A DNA stretch of 64,000 nt, taken from assembly GCA_025594325.1 (NCBI GenBank), contig JANHCV010000011.1:62001-126000 (forward strand). Direction: 5' to 3'. The position numbers were made by a program, and so were the translations under genes. The first letter of the stretch is position 1, and each line of letters starts with the position of its first letter. Below, piece after piece: positions 52,662-64,000 of this stretch. The stretch comes from Blastocladiella emersonii ATCC 22665 (Eukaryota; Fungi; Blastocladiomycota). The notes under the pieces are model-generated. The model was not told where the DNA came from, did not search any database, and saw nothing but the letters and a program-made list of their open reading frames with translations.

Positions 52662-55600
52662 AGAGGAGTTGCGGAAGTCGTGGTCCCCAACTTGAAACCC
52701 GGGTTTTGGGTCACGTGACCGCCCAAAACTGGTTTTCACCGCGCCAGATCGTGGCGACCCGGACCTGGACCTTGAGCTTCCCGCTCGCCTCTCCACCCCC
52801 GCACCCCTAATAAAACAAAATGGCAGCTGATGGAGCTCTCGCACTTGGTGAAATGGACCTCGACCTTGACCTCAAGGACCTAGAAGCTCTCTGCGACCTG
52901 CTTGAGGTCTTGCAGCTCATGCTGCAGCTGCGCGGCCTTGTTCAACTTCACGGACAGCGTTGAGCAGAGCAGCTTCAGCTCCTGTACGAGCACCAACTCG
53001 CGGTCAATATCGAGAACCGCGACGCCTTCTACGCGATCAGGGCGCGCAATTGCACTCGCTTTCGCGGCCGCTTCGACCTGCGCCGGTTCACCCCTGAGGA
53101 CTGCTTCTATCAGTTCCGCCTTTTCCCCCAACACATCGTCTACCTCGCCCAGGTCGTCTTCCCCGAGCCCAAGGTGATCCTTCCCAGCAAACGTCTCGAC
53201 CGCGTGGAAGCGATCTGCCTGATCCAGCGCCGACTTGCGCACCCAGGTACTCTCATTGACCTCGAGGCCTTCTTCCCGTACGACGAGTCTCGACTCTCGC
53301 GCATCCTCAACGACCTGTTCCTCGAGTTCCACGACCGCTGGGATCACCTGCTGGACTTCAACCCAGGCGCCTTCACGCCCGCCATGCTTGAGGACACGGC
53401 CGCGTCCATCCAGGCCAAGGGCGCGCCGCAGAACAATTGTATTGGCTTTATCGATGGCACTCTGCGCAAGATCGCGCGACCTGACGATCACGACATGCAA
53501 CACGCGGTATACAGCACGTACAAGCAGATTCACTCACTCAAGTTTTACTCGCTGGTCGCGTCAAACGGCCTCACGCTTGACTTTAGTGAGGCGCAGCTGG
53601 GTCCAACAAACGACCGTTGCGTACTCGCCAAACGCCGACTCCAGGAGGCACTGCGCATGCTTCCGCCTACGCCGCTTGGAATCCAGTACATCGTCTTTGG
53701 CGACAAGGGATACACCGCGAGCGATGTGGTATGCACGCCATTCCCTGGTGCCCGCGAGAACTTGACCCAGGAGCAGGGCGCGTACAACTTGTCCCTCTCT
53801 CGTGTCCGCGTCACGGTCAAGTGGTCGTTTGGCATGACAACAAACCAGTTTCTGAACCTCGACAACCACCGCCTGCTGCGTGTCCGCCACTCGCCCATCG
53901 CTTTATACCATCGCGTCGCCGTGATCCTCACAAACATGCGGAACTGCATCTATCCCAACGAGATCTCGCAGTACTTTAATCGCCGCCCGCCGCTGCTCGA
54001 GCACTACGTGCAGGGCATCTACCACGTCGTCCATCGCGTTGCTGCTTGAAGGAGCGCGTTGGTTTTGTTCATGTCACTCTTGCATAAATTTGGTTCTGAA
54101 TAGCTCACGCTCGCCCAGATCGAGAAGGCGTGTCCCTCCAGTCATGAGCACTCAGGGCGACCTCGAACAACGCGGAGCGTGATGACGCTCGGCGGAGAAG
54201 ACGCGCGAAAAACGCGTGAAGACGCGTCGCGATGATCAGCCACGTGTGGTGCAAGGCACGCGAGACACGGCTCACCTTTGACTTACCTGGCGAGAGCTGT
54301 GGTGAGAAAGCATAATCTGACAAAAGGGAATCGCGTATACTGGTATGCAGGGTACACGGGGAGGGAATGAAGGTCACAAATGAGGCGGTGGAAAAATGGA
54401 AGGGGGCGCCGCGCGTTTGTGCTCGCCTTACTCGCGGCGGCCGTTCTGGCTGTTGCGCGAGCGGACGCGCTGCGCCACCTCGTTGATGAGCGACACTGCG
54501 GTGCCCATGGCCCAGTTGAGCTGCTGGTCAAAGTTGGCGCCCATACCGCCGTGCATGGCGGCGGCGGGCGTCGCGAGGTCGGGCGACACAACGCCCATAC
54601 GAGGCGTTGCGGGAACAGCGGGGACAGCGCCGTACGAGAAGAAGTCGTGGCCGGCGGGCGTCAGCACAAGCGACTGGTTCGGGCGGGGCGCGAGGTCAAG
54701 GGCGTTGTGGCGGGGCGAAGCAGCGATGGCCTCGTCCACCTCCTTGCGCGTGAGCTAGCGACGTACCGTTTCGTTGTCAGTCGTGGGCATGCCAAGGCGA
54801 GGCGAGGGAGGAAACGCACGTAGGAGAGACGCTGCGCCTCAAGGCCGGCGGCGTCCTTGGTCTGCTTCTTGGCCGCGACCTCCTTCTTGTACTCCTTGTA
54901 GTTGGCCTTGGCCGCGGCGATGGCGCCGCGCAGCTCGAATGCGAGGCGCTACGCGTTGCGTTGCACGTCAGTGAGAGCGGCGACCTTGGCGGAGCCGAAA
55001 TAACGTACATCATTCGCAGTGAGGATGTCCGAGGCAGCCCCGCTCTCGCCGACCCGCGCCTTGTTGGCATTGGCGCGCAGCTGGGCGCCGTTGAGGACGG
55101 CGTACACGTTGTTGATCAGCGTTTTCTGGGTCACCTTCTTCGTGATGCCGTTGTTGGTGCCGTCCGGCCCATGGCCTTGTTGACGGCACACACAACCTGG
55201 ACCTTGACGATCTCCTTGTTGCGTGGGAGCTGCTTGATGTGGTCGATGGCGGCGCGCAGGATGACGCGCTCCTTGTGCGACTGCGCGGCGATGTGCGGGA
55301 ACTTGCCCTGCACCCTGGTGGCCGTCGACTTCTTGGGCGCGGCCGTGGCCGTGGCCGTGGTTGGCGCCTGCAGGACAGGCGCCTCGTTGGGCGCGGTGGC
55401 AGTTGCAGGAACGCCGCGGCGGCGGCGCTTGTTGGGCGTCGGGGCTGCGGCCTGCGTAGTAGTCATGGCGAACGAGGGACGTTGGGCGGTGGTGAGAGAG
55501 GAGACGGAGAGCGGGGCACGTCTGGCTTTTGTAGGCGGAACCTTGAAGAGGGGAGGAGGTCGGCGCGGCGTGCTCCAGCCGCAGCGTCGCCCCTCGCCTC

Positions 55601-55791
55601 ACAAAACCAGCGGGAACCAAGCTAAACCACAGGTTTCAAGTCGGGGACCCTCACTTTGGACCCTCGCTTTTCCGATGGTCGCAAGTCGGGGACAATCACT
55701 TTCAGCCCGTCCGCTGTGCATTGCGGTGAGATTTTCAAGCCACTCCCGTTCAGCTCCTCAAGTTGGGGACCACGACTTCCGCAACTTCTCT
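52662..55791. mobile_element. Pangu-like transposon, mirror copy
   Basis: Reverse complement of 9094-12223. Confidence 0.92.
52820..54049 (+). pseudogene. Harbinger-type transposase, mirror copy
   Basis: ATG at 52820, TGA at 52971-52973, same motifs. Confidence 0.9.
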
Positions 55792-56907
55792 AATGACCCT
55801 TATCATCTCACTCCATACGTACATTCATTGTCATTGCTCTGTAGAGAAGGAATAAAATCAAGGGGAGGATGGGCCAGGAAGGGGGATTGGCAACTCTGCG
55901 GCAGTGCAGGCAGAATTGGCAGTGGATGGTGCTGCGTTCCAGATGAGCACAAGGCAGGAGTGTACCAAGTAGCTGAGCGTCAATCAACACATTTTAGAGG
56001 AGCTGAGAGTTTATGGGGCCGAGACAATTGAGGACTCATTAAATTTGTGGAACAGTGCCAAACACAAGAGAGAGAAACTCACTCAGCCAGTCTAAAGAAA
56101 ATGAAGGAGATCCAGACACATGCGTCATGTAGTCTGGATCAGTAATAGAATCACCAATTGGCGCATTCTCTTCACCACACCACAAATCATTTTTTTTTTC
56201 TTGTTTGCCATTGTGCACTCACACCATGAGGAGGTGGGTGCGCTCCATGGCGGGAGAGCAGGTTAACCCATAGACGACGAGGGGCCAATATTGGCCCCAA
56301 ACCACCACCCCCATATCTCCACCACTTTTTACAATGCACTCTCGAATCTTCGCTCAGCGGATTTCTAGCTATTGAATCTACGAGTACCCGGTAATTTTGG
56401 CGCGGCGCGACGCCCAGTCATTGGGCTGTGAGGAGCCGCCAAAGTTATGAACTTGGCGCGAACGCCCATTATGACAACACCTTTTCATGGATTTGCCTCA
56501 AACTTTAACTGGCGGAACCCTACATTACCTTCTACCATTATGTGAAGTTACGAGCTATATTGATTAGAACTGATGTGTTGAGAGGGGGTCGGACGCTCTC
56601 GTTCGCGCGTTTGGGAGACAAAGTCCCGCCGTTCTCCAGCCAGGTGCGAGACACCGCAACGCGACTGAGCTTCACGTGTGCGCCCAGAGACGCTCAATCC
56701 GATATGCATAAGACGAGGCTTGTGGCTTGCATGGGGAGCGAGAAAATGGCCGAAAACCGCAGTGGTTGGCGTTCTGGGTGGCGGGGCCAAAGTTGGCCCC
56801 GGCCCCACTCCGCTGCCCGCCGCCTTGCCGCTGCTGTGCCTCCCTTCGTTCCCGCTCTCCCGTTGCAGAACGGTCTCCTGGGCCATCTTAGACGCTAGAC
56901 ACTTCAC

Positions 56908-59393
56908 ATGGGATCAAGAAAGAAGAGCCCGCCTCAGCGCGCGGCCGCCGCAGACGCGCCCTTGCCTTCAACTCGGGCGTTGGCCCGCGTTGCCAAGCGC
57001 TCTGCACCAACACCTTTGCCATCCGACTCTGCTCCTACCACGCCGTTGGCAAGCAACAAGCGCCGCCGCGTCAATGCACAACCTAAGCCCCCTGCCGCTG
57101 CTCAATGTGCTCCCGCTCCTGCAACCGCCGCCGCTCAACGTAAACCCGCCCGCGCTGCTGTCCCTTCTGACTCAGACGGCGCTGGCGACAACGACCTCAA
57201 CGCAGAGTCGTCCGCTGATGAGGTGGATGCGGTGGCGTTTGAGGATCTGGAAGCCAGCGACGTGGCCAAGTCAAGCAACAGTGAGTTCATGTGCAAGCTT
57301 GCGGACGATTCTGACAAGGAGGACAAACACAAACAACGTCCGTTGCTCATACTGTTCTACGCCCCATCGCTCCACACTCACTCGAACCGAGTCACGTAGA
57401 AGCTGAGCAGGCGCCAGCACCAGCGCCTGCGCCCATGCCTGCGCCCAAGATGATGGCCAAGGCAACGGGCAAGAAGAGTAGCGCAGGTGGCTCAAATTTG
57501 TCCTCGGTGACAACCCTAAGCTCGTCCTCAAGTGGCGCGTCCTGACCTTTGACAATCCAGCCGCGCCAGTCCGCAACAACGAGGGCCCCAACTTTGACTT
57601 GTCCCTTGGCAAGCCAACGCCCTCCACAGCAACGGCTGGCAACGGCGCACCTCCTGCAGCAGACGCCCCTTGCCGGCTGTACATTGGCAAGCCGCCGCAA
57701 CCCACAACCATGCCCGCCAAGGACCCTGAGCTCATTACCCCAATCAACTGCTTCCTCTTCATCTTCAACAACACGACGCTTGGCAGGATGGCGCTGTGCA
57801 TCATGTGTGAAGAGACCAATCTATACGCATCTCTTTGTCACGCTGAGTTTGAGCCCGTCACGCAGCACAAGATGCTGCGCTGGATCGCCATCAAGATCGG
57901 CATGAACTCGGTCCAGAAGAACAACGTGCAGCAGTACTGGGCCATGGACTCGCCTACGTCTATGCCGTGGTTCGCCACAGTCATGTCGCGCGACCGCTTC
58001 AAGTTCATCCTTGCCAACCTGCACCTGTGCAACAACAAGAGTGCACCCGGCCCCAACGCACCCGCGTTTGAGCGCCGCGAGTTCAAGATTGTCAAGTTCA
58101 TGCTCTACGTCAACAAGGCGCTGCGCGCTGTCTTCAAGATTGGCGAGTTTCTGTCCGTTGACAAGGTGCTGGTCTCGTTCTGTGGTCGCACAACGCTGAT
58201 CCAGTACCTCCCCGCGAAGCCCATCAAGTGGGGTCTCAAGGTGCGGGCCCTTGCGTGCCCCAAGATGGGTTACCTAGCTGTACACGGGCAAGAACAAGCA
58301 GCGCGACTGGCCAGGCCTTGGGCTTGGGAGCAACGTCGTCTACTCGCTCGTGGACGGCGCTGGTTGCCTCAGCAAGTACCACACCGTTGTGTGCAACAAC
58401 TTCTTCATCTCGCCGGCGCTCGCCATCAAGCTGCTTGACGCGCGCACATACGTTGTCGGTACGGCGCAGTCCAACTGCAAGGGCTTCCCCGACGAGGCGC
58501 TCAAGATCAATGGCAAGGCGCCACGCGGCACGCTCAAGGCGTGCAAGGCCACGTACACAACCGCCGGTGTGCAGGGCTCCATTCTCGCGCTGTCCTGGAT
58601 GGACAACCAGTCCATCTCGTTTATCTCCACCCGCCACACTCCCAACGACTGTGTCAAGATCGTGCGCCAGGGCAAGAAGGAGCGCGTCGCTCTCTGCGCC
58701 CACCAGCTTGTTGTTGACTACAACGCGCGGGTGGGCGGCGTTGACCGCCAGGACCAGCTGCGCTTGTACTACCAGCGCCACTTCAAGTCAGTCAAGTGGT
58801 GGAAGGCCATGTTCCACTTCGCGCTCGACACAATGCTCACCAACGCGTACATCCTGTACCGCAAGCGCTGGAAGCAGTTGTGCACCAATGGCCAGGACCC
58901 GCCGCTCAGCCATTTCAAATTCCTCGAACAGCTCATGCTGCAGCTGACGTTACTGTTGCTTGAGGCGAGCCTCGCAGACGGCAAGGTGCCCCAGTTCATG
59001 GGCAGCGGCGTCAAGTTCACCTTGGCCTCCAGCAACACGCGGCCGAGCAGCGTGCTTCTCCCCGAAGCGGGTCTCACACAAGTCGTCATCCGCGCGGCCA
59101 ACAGGGCGGCGTACAAGCGGCTTGTGAAGGCGCTTGCCTGCACTTTCCTGGCCCACGCTCCAGTCAAGACCGCGCACCGCCGCTCCTGCTTCCTCTGCAA
59201 CGGCAACTTCCTCGCCAACGACGCGGGCAAGACCGTGTACAAGATGCAGGGTACGAAAAAGCGTGAGTTTGGCACGCAAAACCACTTGAGCTGCGTGCGC
59301 TTGTATCATGTGTGCATGCCGTGCAACCTGTACTACTGCGAGGCGTGCTTTCTCATCGCTCACCAGGGAACTCTAAGCCATTTTCGAGGGTAA
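56908..59393 (+). pseudogene. piggyBac transposase, mirror copy
   Basis: Same lesions as the left copy; differs at two nucleotides. Confidence 0.88.
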
Positions 59394-59438
59394 TATAACT
59401 GCAAGTAGTTGAGCTGTATCCATGCAAACGGTGTATGG

Positions 59439-59749
59439 CTAGCGCGGGACGAAACCGACGTAGTGGTTGTCAGGGAACAGATGCTTGACGTAGAGCTCGA
59501 GGCACAGGGGAAGCGGCGTGCAGCTGCGATACCCAAGCAGCTGGGCCGCTAGCTGGTATAGCTCGAAGCGGCGCTCCTTGTTGGTGTCGTAGAAGTCGTT
59601 GTCCTGCATGTAGCGGACGCTCACCTCGAAGTCTGTGCTTTTGCACATGCCTCCGCACGTGTGTGGTACGTCTACATATCAAGCAGAGTACGTTCATGAG
59701 ATTTCATAGAGTCATGGACGTTGTAGTGAGCAGAATTACATGTCGACAT
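59439..59749 (-). CDS. Small spliced gene inside piggyBac, mirror copy
   Basis: Reverse complement of 5136-5446. Confidence 0.7.
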
Positions 59750-60497
59750 TTTTGGCGGGGAGAGGGGAACAGCAGTGAGCGCGAGCGAGGTGAAATGAAA
59801 AATTGAAAAATTGAGCTGGGGCTGAGGTGAGTTTTGCGCTGTGCGGCGGCGCCCGTTTCAAGAAGCTAAGTCGGGGCCACAGATGGCCCTTCCGGCCGGC
59901 GTCTATGGGCTAAAGATCTGCATTTGGGCAAAGCGGGTTTCAGGCGCGTCATCTATGGTGGGAAATCCATCGTCAATAACTTGTTGCATTGTAGGAATTG
60001 CAATCACTCCATTTTTCAATGCGGATCTTGGCACCAAGCATATTTTTAGCCATACAAGATACGGTATGCAGCGCGCCACTGCCCATACACAGCACTGGCA
60101 ACCCCCTATGGCTGGCCCGCGCTGCTGGCATTGGAGTGCAGAAAGGGCTTTGTTTGACAAGGCTCACCAGGCTACAGTGGGCTGCCTCTTGTTGTAGCTG
60201 GGGCTACTGGGGGAGCTACGTGCGTCATAGAGAACCACTCAAAGGCCCAGACCCTTAGCAAGCGCTACACAGCGTTTAGTGCACACAAATAACGGCTGGC
60301 GTGTCTGCAATTTGAACCAAAGCCCACACGGTGTGCCAAGTTCTTAAACACCTCAGGATACTCCCCCCACCACACTGCGAATCATGAAATAACAGCTGAG
60401 TAAATTGAGTTGCTCGTTTTGGCTGCGCGCTCTCATTTTGGCCAGCAAGAGCATCACAACAGGTAGTCATATATTAACCTTGCTAGCGTTCCTTAAT

Positions 60498-60570
60498 GTC
60501 ACCGTGGTGTAGTGGTTATCACGCCTGTCTCACACACAGGCGGTCCCCAGTTCGATCCTGGGCAGTGACA
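60498..60570 (+). tRNA. tRNA-Val(CAC), mirror copy
   Basis: Reverse complement of 4315-4387. Confidence 0.92.
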
Positions 60571-62967
60571 TGATGTAACTCTTATTGGAGACTACGGACT
60601 TTTTGTTCATATGTCAAAGTGGGGCAACAAAGCGTCACATTTAAACACCTTTTTTGTGCGATAATATCTGTCTATCTCCTATCGACGCCAACTCTGAAAA
60701 TGGGACACTGTGGCAGCGGCTGCCATGTACTTTGTTGCAGAAATAGGACAACTTGGAAAGCGGGGCTTTGCCCAAGCCATAGGCGCTGCGACCTTGAAGC
60801 TCTCGTTTCGTCACGTTACAGTCACACTTTTCACTGATGACATCACTCCCCATGTCGCGTTGCGCCACTTCGCTTCTGTCACGTGCGCGTTCTGCATGTG
60901 CGCCGTGACGTCTTGGATTGTTGAGCCGCCACTCGCTCGCACTCTGTTCTCGCTCCCTGCTGTTCAACCACATACATCCTTGTTCTAGTAGCTCATGGTG
61001 CAAACTGACCAGGTAGGCTGTTCAAAGTGTAACGGAGCGCCCAGAGAGGGCCGAATACACAATGACTAGCAAACAAGGATGTATGTGGTTGAACAGCAGG
61101 GAGCGAGAACAGAGTGCATCACCAAACCGTGCCCCAGCCATTTGAAGTGGATCCACCCTGGATCCAGCCGTGGACTGCATGGACCTCGGGGGGATGTGGA
61201 TCGCAATATTACTCTTCTGGATCAAGCGTGGATCCAGCTTGGGCGAGTTCGATCCACCCACAAACTGCACGGACCTCTCATGTGGATCAAGCTGTTGGTC
61301 AATGTGGATCTCCAGCTTGATCGTGCAGTGGATTCACTTTGTCTCAGCGTGGATCACGCCAGGGATCAAGGTGTTGCTCACGGCTCAATATATCCAGATC
61401 CAGGTCGCGGTCCATTGATGATCCCAGGGCTCAAACCACGCGATCTATCTGCGAACCGAGAGCGACACAGGTAAACAGCTGGCGGGTAAGAAGATGAGGG
61501 AGGATGACGGAGGATGAGGGAGGATGAGGGAGGAAAACCAGTGGCAGTGATCCTTGCGGCCAGCTTGATGACGATCAAGCGGGATCTTGCCGCATATGGC
61601 CTACGATGCGAGGAGAGATCATTGCGAGCGCAAAGTCAGTCAGCAGCAAGGCAAGAACAAGTACCATGACGCCTCGAGTGCACCTTGGACCCGTCCTCAC
61701 ACCCGCAGCTGGCTCAGTTGGCAACATTGGCCTCAACGATTGGTTTGTGACGTTGCTCTCGATTGTACTAGACAGGAGGGAACCATCTGCGTAAGTTGGA
61801 GACCGTGATGGGTGAGGCTGAGTCGCATACCTTGGCCATGAACAAGTACTGTGTGCTTGAGGGTAACGCTGACCAGTTGATGGGCGAGGGCAGCAGCAGC
61901 TTGTTGCAGTAAAGTGAGGCTATGGGCGATGGGGCGGAGACAAGTGAGCGATGAGTCAGGCGAAGAGTCCAATTGACGCTAGCACGCAAGCCACGTCCCC
62001 GAGACCCGGGCCAACAACACGTGCAAGACTGCTTGGGAGCTTGAAGCTCGGCGGTGCCTGCACGCAGCGCGAGTCGCGCCAAGAACGCAAAGGAGAAGAA
62101 CCGTACCGTGTGGACTTGAGCGCGTTGTGAGCGAGTCAATGCGAAGGGCAACGGCGCAACCCTTGTCACTGCGACATGGCGTACTCGGCGCGCTAGTCAT
62201 GGTGTCAGCAAACATGTTAGTCTTGGCTTGTGAGGGCCGAGTTGCACACCGCGTACCATGTCGCGATCTTGGTCAGTATTGACGCAAACACGTTGCCGCG
62301 GACCCCCACAAGCGCTGCTTCAGCTTGAGGTGCTTTTTGAAGGCTAGAAAGCAGGGCAAAGCGGTCGTGGCGTGGGGCACGTCAGTGAGCGAACGGACAG
62401 CTGGCGCTGAAGGCGTGGGAATGCGGCGTGACCCTTGAGAGCGGCGGGCGCAAGTCCTGTCAACGTGTGCAGGGCGTGTTGGCGGAGTTGAGGTGTGACT
62501 GTGGATGCACATCGCAAGGGAGTACAAGGTGCGGAGAAGGCGAGAGACGCGTACCGTGGAAGTCACCGAGCGGCGCGGGCCCATGGCGGCGTTGGTTGGA
62601 TGCGATGAGGTACATGGAGGCTAAGGGGTGATAGTGCAGGCGGTTGCGCTAGGTCGCAAATTACTTCTGAGAGGATCACCGCCGGCCTCGCCTATCTGAC
62701 GTTCTAGCCGGACCACTGACTCGCCCAGCCTACTCACCTACTGCTGAGACAAAGTGTGCAACGCACACACCCCCTAGTGCTGTGTTGGTGAAGCATTGCA
62801 GGTCAAGTCCCTGCCTGCAACGTTTGTCACTGCTCTATTGAGTGACGGAGCTGAAACACCTCAATAAATTGAAAAGAAATGCCAATATTTAGCTGGCTAA
62901 ACATCAGAGAGTGTGAAAAGCAATCGTTCCAAATGCAAACAACACGCTATAAACTGAATAAAATGTC

Positions 62968-63039
62968 AGGTCCTACTGAGATTCGAACTCAGGTTACCAG
63001 ATTCAGAGTCTGGTGTGATGACCGCTACACTATAGGACC
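62968..63039 (-). tRNA. tRNA-Gln(CTG), mirror copy
   Basis: Reverse complement of 1846-1917. Confidence 0.95.
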
Positions 63040-64000
63040 TCTGTTTAAATGCGTGAACTGCTGAAGCTAAGCTGCCCGGAACATGGACTCGGCTCAACCC
63101 AGACTCCAGTCATGAATCATCGCCGAGTGGAAAGCGCCTTGTTTGACTAGGCTCACTGGGATCTCACATTAAAATCACCGCTAATCCCTCTATTTGGCCG
63201 CCTGCTCAGAAAAAAGCCTGAGCACCACTGCTCCACTGCTTGCACGCACCTTGCGTTCACCTCTCCGTTCACTTTCCTCGGCCCAGCTGCCACAAAAATA
63301 TAAATATAAATATAAATATAAATATAAATATAAATATAAACGCAGCTCTACGCAGCAAAGTACAATAAAATGTATTGACCCAACTGGACCAGCGCTCCCT
63401 TGGCACCTTGAACAAAGGTCGCCGTCCGCTTGTACAGGCGTCAGCTGTGCAGCGACGGTCCTAAACTACAACAGGGTCGCGTCCGCATGGATGGAGATGA
63501 TGTCAGGCGAAAGGTAACGCGGACTAGAGATATGCAAATGGGAAGTACTTACTCCCACGCCTATGTGAGGGCTGCTGTGTACACGCTTGCACTCCCCTGC
63601 GCTTTGCCCGCTCCCCCGCGTCCGTCAGACCGCGCAGCACTCTTTCGAACACCAAAGCAATGATTAACGTTGCTACCTACAGCACCGCTACGTTTACTCT
63701 TAAAAGCGGAACGCGCGCCACGGCCCTTATCATTCCATTGATGATACGCCTGATGCGTCCTCCAAGCTCAAGGAGGTCAGCGTCCCTGGCAAAGACAGCG
63801 CGCTACGACGTCCATAAACGACGTATATCGTTGTTGCGTCCAGCACAGCTGAAAGGCAGTTTGCGCCCTGCGTAATACTGTCAGTGCTGAGAAGCGTTAA
63901 GGCAAACCGCCAACTGCGTGGTTCATGCGAGCCCTGACCACAAAACAACCGCATACACACTCACTACCTCGGCTGTTTAGGCCTCAAAGTAGCGATAAAA

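Larger units (their letters stand above)
56267..59909 (+). mobile_element. piggyBac DNA transposon, mirror copy
   Basis: TTAA-CCCATAGACG at 56263-56276; reverse complement of 4976-8618. Confidence 0.9.
33544..64000. repeat. Right arm of giant inverted repeat (runs off window)
   Basis: Reverse complement of 885-31343. I found only 5 substitution sites and 2 homopolymer length differences by spot comparison. Confidence 0.98.

Noticed and set aside
885-64000. Palindromic extrachromosomal rDNA (Tetrahymena/Physarum/Dictyostelium type)
   Set aside because: No rRNA sequence recognised anywhere in the window.

Overview
Eukaryotic, GC-rich DNA that looks fungal (short 55-70 nt GT-AG introns); the species cannot be assigned from sequence alone. 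The window is one giant inverted repeat. Positions 885-31343 are the near-perfect reverse complement of 33544-64000, so each arm is at least 30.4 kb and probably continues past the right edge. The arms flank a single-copy 2200-bp spacer (31344-33543). Each arm carries six different intron-less tRNA genes (Gln-CTG, Val-CAC, Thr-CGT, Ala-CGC, Cys-GCA, Arg-CCG). Each arm also has a full-length but mutated Ty3/Gypsy chromovirus, a piggyBac element with a second small spliced gene, a two-gene PIF/Harbinger-type (Pangu-like, ATT TSD) element, MITEs, microsatellites and decayed spliced-gene relics. I found no intact host protein-coding gene and no rRNA or CRISPR. The layout resembles inverted-repeat regional centromeres (inference). 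An assembly artefact has to be excluded with reads.
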